A DNA stretch of 57,608 nt from an uncultured virus (IMG/VR IMGVR_UViG_3300027963_000045) (lineage: Duplodnaviria > Heunggongvirae > Uroviricota > Caudoviricetes), in the IMG/VR virus record IMGVR_UViG_3300027963_000045; one strand, written 5' to 3'. The first letter of the stretch is position 1; each line of letters starts with the position of its first letter. Made by a program: the position numbers and the translations under genes. Positions 1-12,000 of this stretch are shown here, one piece after another. The notes under the pieces are model-generated. The model did not search any database. It was not told the origin of the DNA and saw nothing but the letters and a program-made list of their open reading frames with translations.

Positions 1-3000
1 AGAAGTATTGCGTAATTGGAATGCTCCATCCGTCGCTGACCCCCGCTGTGGTATTGCCAAGCGCAGTTAATGTGATACGATCATTGCTGGTAAACACAGT
101 ACCAAATGTGATAACTGTATTACCTGATCCAACTGCATCATATGTGTAATCAGTGTTTTGTACACCATTGACAAAAATTGCAAACGAGTTAATTAACGAT
201 GTTTCAATTGGTATTACAATTGTATCTTCAACAACAGATCCAATGTATGTATTAGTGTACATTTGGTTGCCGCCGCCCAATGCATAAACGTTCACGCTGA
301 TAACATTGCCGGCAACTGCATGTTGTGTAACTGAAATAGTATAATTGACCCAATCAACAGTGAAGTCTACTCCTACGTCTAGTTCTAGGCCTTGAGTTTG
401 GTTATAAACTTGCACAACAACCGGGTAATCTAATGCACCAGCAAAGCTCATGTTACCGTCGCCCATGACAAAATTACGGGTTGCAATTGGGAATCCGTGT
501 CCGTTGCCTTCCCAGTCTGAACCCGGGGTTGTAAACACACGCATGTCTAGTGTATCATATGTGATACCGGGTACTAATTCTTCTGGGGCATGACTTTCGT
601 ATGTGTCAACAAAGGCGCCACCGTTGACACTGATAGCGTTAGCAGGCCCTGTTGTGGGCGGGGCGCCGTCATATGCAGGCGCTGGTAAAATTCCTAGATA
701 CGGATCTGTAAATTCGCTTGAATAAATTGCATCTAGAATTGCTGGATCGTATGTTGGGGTTCCATCTGGTGCATAAGAAATGTTATCAAACGGTGTTATG
801 TCAAATCCCCCGACATCGAAACCAGTGTCTTGTGCAAATGATGGTGCCATTACTTGCACACCCGGGTAATCAATACCTGTCATTAACAGTGCAAGATCAA
901 GGCCTGGCTGGTTTGGCGTAGGAACATAGTATCCCCAGGTGCGGTTAACACCACTTAGATCACCCGCGGGCACCAGTGTCCAGTTACTGGGATCAAATTC
1001 TGCTGTTTGTACTTCGGTATTTGCCTCCCACACACGATCGTCATACCGCACCAGGGAGCCACTTGGGTATGTAGTATCAGATTCCCAAATTGAAACATCA
1101 GATGTGTATTGATATCGATCATATCGAATCACAGTCAACAGATTTCTAACCTTGGCATTGCCAAGTACTGCAACTGCAACTGCGCCTGACCCATTACCGC
1201 CTGTGAATGTAATGGTTGCTGTGGTCGAATACCCTTCGCCGGGATCCACTACAACTATGCTGTTAACTTGTCCAGCACTGTTGATGGTAGCAGTAACAAC
1301 AGCTTGTCTAATACAATCACCAGTCACTGTTACTTCTGGGGGAGTAGAATACCCTGACCCACCATCAATAATAGTCACACCATCAAGACTCAACAAATAG
1401 TTTTGATACCATTGATTCCATGGGAATGTGGTCCACACTGGAGACGTACTTGGTAAACTACTTGTGGTACTCAATGTGCCAGTGTTGTCAAGCACCGGGC
1501 TAATAAACAAGTCCTGTGCCGAGTCCCAATATGCAGGCAAATCAAAGTCTGTCAAGGTACCATTAAATGTGTCAAGACCTTGATATTTCAAATTAAACTC
1601 ACGAATTTGTACGTGGTATGGTTTAACTTCTTGTATGTAATTTAAAACAAAGTCTTGATTATCTCGACGGTAGATTTGATATGGTACTAGGTCACGAATA
1701 ACATGGTCAACATCAATCAAACTTGTTTTGGTTAACCAATCAGGTGCTTCCTGTTCACTCATGATGTAATTAAACAATAACATCAATAAATTGTTGCGTT
1801 CAATCAGCAGATCATCAACAAATAGTTCTTCATTGATGGCTTGTATAATTTTTCTTGTTTCAATAGTGGGTGCTTGGTCAAAGTATTGAGCGTCAAACAC
1901 TTCACTATCAAATCCAAATCGTCCCACAGAGTAATCCCACAGAGAAGTTGAGAAACTAATAGTTCCGTCTTGCAATGCCACACGAGTCCAGGCATTGTTT
2001 TCTCTGAGATAAATTTCCCATTTGCCTTGCGCATTTGCAGTGATCTTTATTGAACTTCCATTGGGCACTGTGATCGTGTCTAAGCTTGATACGTTTGGTA
2101 CTTCAATTAGTATTCGAGACAGTGGATTATATCCTGGCGAGTACCAATTGATATAGTTCCAGTACAGTTTAGTATCATAGTTTTGTACACGAATCAAACG
2201 AACATAGTTTTTGCCAGTTAGATTGTTGAACTCAACTTCATAGATAGTCCAAAAACCGTTGTTGGTACTGTCTGAATCCACTAGATATGTATAACCAACA
2301 TCGACTTCATCAAGATTTTGATATGACAACTCTTCAATGTTGACCACACGTTTATCCCAGGCACCTGAACTTGATGCTGGCTGCGGTTCACTGCTGTTTA
2401 ATAGATTAAATTTGCGAATTTCTGATATTGGGTACTGTGCCAATACTGTGTTTGCCCGTCCCAGGTAATTCTTTAATGCCAAGAATCTATTGGCCACCAT
2501 GCTCTGGCGTGGTCGGAACTCTACACCATATCTCTCGCTGATTTGCAAGAACGGATCAGGTACTGCAAACCCAGAAGTAGTTGCGCCACTTAAACTGTCA
2601 AGCATTTTCTTGTACAATGTATCAGTTAAAAATGCGCTGGCGCGGCCTTGTGCTACCAGTTGATATTCAACGTGAACATTGTCGTCATTGGCTTCTCTAT
2701 CGTACCCAATGTACAATATAGTGTCTTGTGCAGAAATATAAGGTACGCCATTGTAAATTGCCACGGTGCTTGCATTGATTGGCGCAACATAGCTGATACC
2801 GCTGCTCTTTGGACTCTCAATATATCGAGCTATAATAGTTGTACTTAAAGTTTTGCCTGCCGTTCGATCAACTGTGGGAATTCCACTGACCCAAAAGTAG
2901 TATTGTGTTTCTAAGAATCCTTGAAGATTTATTGAAGACGTAACAACATAATTGTCTAAACTACGTGGTGTTCCTTCGCCTGTATATTCACTGGGTGGCA

Positions 3001-6000
3001 GACTGCTTACAACCCATTGATAGACATCAATTGTACTACCGGGGAATATTTGTCCCCAGCGTCGACTTGCATACACTATGTCATTTTGATGCGGGTCAAT
3101 AAATCTAACATTAGATGTATCCCACCAAATTTGTCCCACACGTTCTTGTGCCCATCGACTGCCATAATTATTCAGTGTGCCAGTGTTGTAGGCTGCAGGA
3201 TCAACTGCACCAATGTAATTAATATTCTGTTGCACTGCACCCAACAACCGTCCTTGCAATGGATCAAAGAAATCAAAATACTGACGTGGTTTACCAGTTA
3301 CACGATCATACATGTAAATGGTATTCAACAAATCAATGTCAACAACTGGTTGTTGGATGTGAATTGGTATCCAGGCTGGACTTAGATTTGGATTATGATA
3401 TTGCAGTACTTTACCAGTATTAGCTGAACTATCGCCAAGATCACTGCCCGGCGCTCCAATTAATAGAACTCCAGTTGTGTAATCAATCGATCGTCCAAAT
3501 TCGTCAAGGCTGTTGATTGTGTCATTGACAAATTGTTGGCCAAAAACAAACTTAACCGGGTTTTCAACTGTTGCCCCCGATGAAGACAATGCATCATACT
3601 CGTAAACAACACCGCTTTGATTTGATGACCCATAGAAGTTGGTACTACGAGCATCAAAGTATGTTTCGCCACCATCAAATGTAGTTGGAGAGATCATACT
3701 GCCGTTTGGTGCGCCGACCATCAATGTTACAACATCGTCACTGATGAATAATCCTTCACCAAAGTGTGCTTTGACTTGCGCAATAGGTGGGATAATAGTT
3801 TGTTGCCAAACATACGTGTCAAACCCAATATCATCAAACAATGTGCCAGTACCTGGTAATACTGTCAGCTTGTTAAAACGTTGTGCCGCATCATAGTTTG
3901 TAACATTAATTGTTATTCTACCAGACACTACCACAATTTTTGCAGTATTGAATGGAGCAACTACAAAACTAATTTGTTGAGCGGTGTTATTATAAGTGTA
4001 ATCAACTCCCAGTGTTTGTAACACATCGTCAACATACACAACAGGAGTATATGAAGCAACTGAAGAATAAATGTCACCAACATCTAGAATTTTAGATGTG
4101 CCATCGCCTTCAAACACTAGATCTGGTGTCAACGTTGCAGTCACATTAGGTATTTTTGCGGCTGCAATATCACCAAACAAATCTTCAATAGTAGTTCCAG
4201 TGCATTCAACAAACTCGTTGTTAATGCGAATGTATTCTCCCGGGGTCAGGGTTGGATTTGCAATAGTTGAACTAATGGTCCCGTACACACGAGCTTGATT
4301 TCTCCACACTTCGACCTTGCCTCCTTCAGAGACAATAGTTGAATCATATGGTGAAGAAATGTACAAACTACAATCGTTAATACATTGATCAAGCTTCCAA
4401 CCAAACTTGCTAGCATTGCTAGGAACATCTGACGCTAGTTGTTCAAGTAATGTAAATTGGTTTGTTTCAATTTCAATAACGTCACCAACAGCAAGTGGCG
4501 CTGTAATTGTTACAAATTGACTGCTAGGATTACTTGTATCTACTGCAAACGTACCATTGACGTTCAATTCAGCATTGACCAAGAATTCACCGTTGAGTGT
4601 GACTGAAATAAATCCTGGGTCAATCATGTCTTGCACAGGATAATAATCTGTTTGTGTAGCATCTGTAACAATAATACGTTGAATACTACGATCAAAAATG
4701 TATGCTTCTCCTGGCTCATTTTCATCAAGGTTTGGGGCGCCAATCATGATTTGGCTTCCTGTTGTGTTACAACTAATAGATTGTCCAAATCGGCTGTCAA
4801 CCGTGCTACTGTCTCCGGGTCCTGGGATGTCAAGTGTGGCCACATAGTCAAAATAACTCAAGCTATCAACCAGGATAACTGCGCCCGGTCCTGGCACTGT
4901 GAGGAATTCCAATTCCTTGGTAACATCATCAAACGTATAATCAATGTCTGGTCGATACAGCTGATCATTTACACGCACTGTAAAAGACCAAAGATTAATT
5001 GCTGTGGCCAAATATTGGTCTAATTGGAACAGGTAGGTGTTACTTACGCCACTGCCAGTGGGGTCTTTAAGATCAATAATAGCACCGTTGCTGTCTACTT
5101 CGGCAACAGTCACAGTGAAATTATTGGCTGGGTTTGTGCCGCCGCCAATGGTTGTGCCGTAAAATGTAACAGTGTCGCCAACTGCATAGTCAGCACCACC
5201 AGTTTGTACCACTGCGGTATAGTCGCCGCGCACACGGTTTACTGTGAATGTTGCACCAGAACCTGATCCTGTTTCCGAGTCTGGCACTACATTGTAGTAT
5301 CGTTGTTGGTCTAACTGCACGCCCGACTTGCGTGAAATAACAAGTCGTTGTCCGGCTGTGGGCAAGTCTATTAGAGAAAGAGTGCTACTAGATATCGAAT
5401 AATCACCAGGATAATTTAAAATTGTGTTGTCTAGTACAACAGATAACTGTTCAGGTTGATTATAATCAATTGAAATGTAATCACTCCAATTAAATAATTG
5501 TGATGTTCCGGTTGTAATATACTCAACACTTTGTTGAGCAACATCAACACGAGTGTAAGCATATACTTTGTTACCAGCCGGAGCTGACACAAACATCCAA
5601 CGTTCGTTTTGGCTTGTAGTAACACTGTATCCAAATTCAATTGCGCTGTAGTCACCATCGGGTGCAACTAGCAATTGTCGTTGTTCATAAACATTGCTTC
5701 CTGGAGATACGTAAATTGTGGTAGCATAGCCTTGAGCACTGTTACTGTTACTTGCACCTGCAAGACCCCAACTTTGATCACCAATATCAATTTGATTTCC
5801 GTAACCGGCAGCGTTTGTGGCCTTCAACTCCAGGATTGAATTTTGTTCGTACACATCTTGATCGTTACGAACATAGGTGTAGATGCCGCCTGGCTCAGTT
5901 TCCAAAGAATTAGGGTTATACCCTGGAGCACCAATCATGGCGCTGAGATTCCAAAAACCTTGGGCCACACTCTGTCCAAAGTGGCTTCCGGCCACAGGAA

Positions 6001-9000
6001 TTTGTGCGTCCAGTGTGGTATCTAGCACAAATGGTTCTGTTTTTTCAAGTACTGACCATAAATTCTCTGCGTTGCTGTCAACCCATACTTTGACGCCCGG
6101 AGTTAATTGCTGTGCAAAAGATAACGATGCTATATCACTGGGTTGTGCGACTCTAGTAGATATCAGTGTTAGTCCTAGGCCATCGCCCTCAACAGAAGTA
6201 ACAAAACCACTGAATGTGTAGTTAATTGTAACAGAGTAAATGCTAGGCACATCTAATACTGTGTATACTCCATTGATGTTGCTATCAAAGTTTTTAATTA
6301 TTAGAATAGATCCAACACTCAACCCATGAGCTTGATTAAATGTCACAATACTTTGTGTTTCAAGATTGTCGCTGACCTGAGTGATCGCCCCGGCAACTTT
6401 TGATGTTCTGTAAACATTCCAGTTATAGGTATTGACTCGAGCCACCCATACAGTTGTGCCAATGCCAACATTATCTAGAACATTGGTAATATTTGCTGGA
6501 TCGCTAAGATCAAACACTGTGATGTCAACATCATTTAAGTTTACATATCCAGCACTAGGGAAGCTCTTGTCAGATACACGAGCCTCGGTCGTTGTTGGTA
6601 GAATATTAGGCGAAGTTATTTTGTAACTGCTCTTCCAGATGTCATTGACCAATGTTGTTTGATCTGCACGTGATACTTGCTCTGGTTCAACCACCTGAAT
6701 CAAGCTTGGATCGCTTTGTAACAGTGGTTCATTGAGCAACAGTTCATAGTAACTAGAATTTGCATTTGCACCGTATATTCCGCGAAGTATTGCCCAGTAC
6801 TCGTAAACATTATATTCTGCAACCTCCTTACCAAGGTTAGCAAGGCTAAACAAGTTAGTTGCTCGACGTGTTCCTTTGGTACCCAAGAACTGCTGATACA
6901 AGTTAACTTGACTCACATCATCAAGGTTGAGCGCAGCCATGTATTGACGTGGACGGAATCCAATCAAGCCATAGCTAAAAATATCAACTTCTTCTTCTAA
7001 GTTTGCATTATAGGTGCTGTATGCAGTGGACAATTGATCACTGCTGTTAGATGCATTGGGCAACAATCCTTTTTGCACCTGTGCATAATCACTCTTGAGC
7101 CATAAATTGTAATCAAACATAGCACTAGGTTTAATAATTGTGCTTGCACTCCAGTACTGATCTTTGAACAGCACAATGTCGCCTTTTGTATATTTGCGAT
7201 TTGGCTGCCACTCTTGTATGTTATCCTGGTTGAGTACAAAGCCTGGAGCATTCACAGTTCCGTTCCAGTCTCCACTCAACCATCCAGCTACCAACACACG
7301 ACTTTGACGTGCGCCTGTTACAGGATTGTAAATCAAGTCAGCAAAAATACTTGTGTTGTCTAACACAACTAGATGTTCATACGCCGTGAATCTCAAGTTC
7401 AAGAAGCAAATGGTATCTGAACTAGTAACACTTACCTTGAAGGTATTGTCTAATCGATCAAACACAAGATTGCTTGGCTGAATGGTTTGTTTGTTTTGAT
7501 TTAAAATCAAGTTATCAAGTCTAGGTGGGTACAAGCTTTCGGCCACCGCGCCCGGACGTATTACTGCAATACTAGTCGCACCTGGATTCAAGTTAATAAT
7601 ACTACCAGTAGTCCAACCTTGGTTGCTCCAGTACAAGAACTCTTGGGCCATTTGGTCCCAGTTCATGATATATCCGTTTTCAATTCCTTCAAAGGTCGTG
7701 CCATTTTCTTCTAGCAGTTTTCCATAACTGAGCAAAAAGTCGCAAACGGCTGCTCTGTTTGTAAAGACAAATCCGTATGGCACCCGAACAATGTTGTTGG
7801 TGTACTCGCTTGGCACTGTTACATCAGATCCACCGGCCGCAATTATTTTTTTCTTGCCGTTGGGTTTGGATACTAAAATTTTAAAGAAACTTGCCAGGCT
7901 AGCATACCCGTAAACTGCCCATCCGTCAGATGTTGTTTGCACAATAACTGAACTATATGTTATTTTTTCAAATGGGGGGTCTTGATACAACAGCAACTGG
8001 TAGCTTTCGTCTGGTAACAGCAACCCGGTATTAGACCCACTTGGTGTTGAACGCTCGGTATAAATTTTCAAGAACTTCTTGTCGCTGAATGCGGCCAGTC
8101 TCCAGCATAAACGTATGTCCAAGTTGGCCAATGTTTCGGTCAATCCAGTGCTACTGTCTATGCCACGTTGTTGATTATAGTCAATGATCCAGTTAATGTA
8201 ACTCGCTGTGCTATTATCATTGCCATACAATGGTGTAACGTTCTTGGCTTCAAGTCGATAACGATTATTCCACAGGTATTGATCTAGTCCGGTGTCAAAT
8301 ACATATCGATCACGATCAACAAACAAACTAAAAAATTTAGCTGGCTTGGTAAGCGCAAGCAATCGCATCACTGCAAATGGCCACGAGCTACTTGTTTTCC
8401 AAGCGTTTTCAACTGGACCGTCATCTCCAAATGCCCAGCTACGACGGAAACTGGTGGCATCATAGTTGCCAACCACAGATGAAAGTGGTGCTAACAACAT
8501 GCCTTCGCTTCCGCTGGGTATTACATTTGTTAGACCTGGGCGAATATACAGTGGATCAACTCTTGGATTTTCTGGATCTGCAATATACCCTGCTTCTAGA
8601 TCTTGCCATAACACCAAGTTACCAGAGGTGTAAGGTGCAGGGCCATATGTGTCTTGCCACCACGTTGGTTCTTCACTAAACCCTAGCATTTCCCATGGTG
8701 TGGTATTTGGTGTGGTAGTGTCGTAGAAATACTGATATATGCCGCGCCAACCGCCAAGCAATGGTGCGCCATCAAGCTTGTTGCCACTTTGATTATAATT
8801 GTAAGTGAATGGGTTGTTGGCTTGATAATTCTGTGCTGTATAATCAAGTTTGTTCCAGCCTACCCATCCCAAGAAATCTGGTTTTAGAATACTATTGATC
8901 TCATCAAGCGTGTAATCAGTGACGCGGAACTGCCCAGGGATAACTTCTTCTGCTACCAACGGCACCGGCGTTTGAATTTTTAAGTTGTTGAAGATACGTG

Positions 9001-12000
9001 TTTCAAATTCAAGCAGAACTTGATCTCGGAAATCGCCAAATGCCACGGTGATACTACCGTCATGTCCTTGTATAACTTCTGTGGGGGTAACGTAGCTTTC
9101 ATCAATAAAAATTTCTGGTTTGTATGCCGGATACAAACCCATTTTAGTTGGAGTATTAGGAACATAGCTGCCGTATGTGGTACTGTATTCACGAATAGTG
9201 ATTACATCACCAACACTTAACGTAGTAAGGATTGTAATAGTTGAGGAGTCTGATGACACAGTGTAGTCATAGTCTTTGACAAGTATAGTGCCGTTTTGAT
9301 ATACTAACAATCCAAAAAAGTTTGAGCTAGTAAAATCATATATTTGTGTTGTGTCAAACACCGCGGTGCTAATAGGAGATACTGTGTAGACTAATTCGGT
9401 ATATGTTTGATTTGACGGGAGCATATCGCTCCAGTAAAACGGAAACAGTTGATTGCGGCCAAGAGTAATTTCTTCAATTGATGCGTCAAGAATTTGTGTT
9501 GGTGTTAAGTTTACAAAATCATTGCGGCCTGCAACATCTAGCAACAATGCTTTGTACTTGGTATATTCTTGACTGTTGTATGTTAGTGCGTTAAACAACT
9601 CATATTGTTGCTTGCGCAAAAATACGCCCGGTAAAACCAACGGTGCCGAATGCTGAACAATGTTTTGACCGTACGGAATAATGTTTCCAAGATCCCTGGT
9701 GTTGTTGGCACCGTTGATTGGTCCAACAATAGTTTTTAAATTTTGCCCAATGGTATTGTAATGTGTACGGATAGTACCCAATGTAAACTGTGAGCTGTTG
9801 TTGTTTAGTGCATTGTTTTCAAGATTAATTGGAACTTGATAAAACGCCACTGAGCTAGCAATATTACTAATAGCCTGCACTTCAATAATAGTTTCATTGG
9901 CTATGGTAATAGAAAATGTAATTGTGGTCGTGCCATTGCTGTTAACAACTGTGGTATAGTTGTTTGGGTCAACGAACACCCCTTCAATAAAAATTTGCAC
10001 CGGTGGGTATATTGATGCAGTATCAATTGGAACATCAAGCACCAGAGGTTGATTGGTGTATGTAAATCTAAATACTTGACGGCTTCGGTTTTCTGCTGCC
10101 GCAGGCTGCCATCCAATTTGATTACTAAAAGTAACACGGTCAATGTATTGTCTAACAAAACCGTCACTGACGGTTACTGTTGTGCTTGTTTTATCTTTAA
10201 CGTAGATAAATGTGTCGTCATACAAATAATTGGAGAATACAATGTCGCCAACGTTGTTGATGGTTAGATATTTTAATGCTAGACCCAGCACCGGGTCCAA
10301 GATGCTAGAATCAGTTACAGCATAACCAAACAACTTGTTACCAAAAAATGTAGTACTTGGGTATACCGCACGATCGCCAAAGCTACGACCGTTTAAGTCG
10401 TAGACATCAAACAACGGAGCTTGGTTTACGCCAGTTTTCTGTTGTGCAGAAATCCATTGGTCTCCGTTAAACCAAAAACTTTTGCCTTGTAGTGTTGCAC
10501 CGTTGAGACTCACCACTGTTTCGTCGTACAACACTTCACCGTTTTCAACTGGCACCAAATCAATTACTAGTGTACCACTATCATTGGGGTCTATGAATCG
10601 TACTTCGTAAATTCTATTTCTTACTGTTGGATCAATGTCTGCGGCAAAAATAACTAGTGTACCATTTAAAAACGTATATCCATCAATGCCATAACCAATT
10701 CGCCCGTTGACGTTACTCAACGCATCAGTTTGATTGAAGTCAATGATGTTTATTGGTCTCTTTGATAACGTACCGTAATTCCATAGTTTTAGATTTGATC
10801 TAAATTCAATAATAGGACGTTTTGCACGTTGTGCATTATCAATAACTGGAATAATGTTATTTCTCTCGGCACTGTAGTTAATAACATCAATGTGGAACCA
10901 ACGATTGCTTCTGCTCCAAGCATTGCGATCGGTGGCCGCACGATTAATTGTAATATAGTCTTGAATCAATGGTGCATTGATACTAGCATCGTACCCGCCA
11001 ACATCGTACTCTAGACTAGAGTAAGGTATAAGTTCACTCTTGGTGTATGTTTCGGGTGTTACCAGATCTGTAACAGGGATTAATTTGATACCGTTGCCTT
11101 CGTCGGCACCTGCTACTGATACGGTTGATATTGGTGCTCCCTCTGGACCACCTGCACCATAGTTAATCAAACTGGTTTCAACAGTGTCGTAAATGTATTG
11201 TTGAAAATATCCAGTGTGTGTTGCGCCGGTCATCTTTTGACCTTGATACTCATGGAATGGTCCAAAGTATGCTTGACCATTAACAAATCCCACTTGAGTC
11301 GCTAGCCCTGGACCTGTGCCCACGCCCTCAACATAGTATTCCAAGTCCTGATATTTTGCAGGATAAGTTGGTCCTCTAAATTGAATTTTTAGTCCGTTGG
11401 TGAAAACTACACCGTTGGGACTGGTGTAATTTTTAGACCCGATGATTTCGTCAATGATAATTGGGTCAGCTTGTGCTGGATCAATTAATCGAATCTCTCC
11501 AAAAATTTCTGGGTTGGTGCTGTCTTGGTAATACAACGTATCTTGTACAGCAGTCAACAATGGCTGTTGTTGATAATAACCACTGGCATTTTTATACCAA
11601 TAAGTGCTGTTGTACTCAGTACCATAACGAATACGGAATTTAGATAGATTTGGAACATCTAATACGCTGTCAAGTGTCATGTACGGGTTACCGTCAGTAT
11701 CGTACACATAGTTAATACGCCAAACGCTGTAGCGTTGACCTTGAACAGTTATGTCTGTGGTCTGATCAAATGTAGTAGTATCAAATGTACCAATTGCGCC
11801 AGGAGTACCAGCAGTGGGGACCGGGTCAAACTGTGTGTTAATTTGCCAGCCACCTTCTTCTGCATTAAAAATGCGATTTGTAAAAATTACGCTACGACCA
11901 TTCAGTGCAGTGATACCATCAATGCCGTTAGGGAATTGCTCTAGGAATACCGAAACATAAATGTTGTTGATTTGATTAAACTCTAAGTGTGTGACCAAAT

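Noticed and set aside
718..11944. Many short ORFs listed by the track
   Set aside because: All are off-frame or antisense shadows of the giant minus-strand baseplate gene
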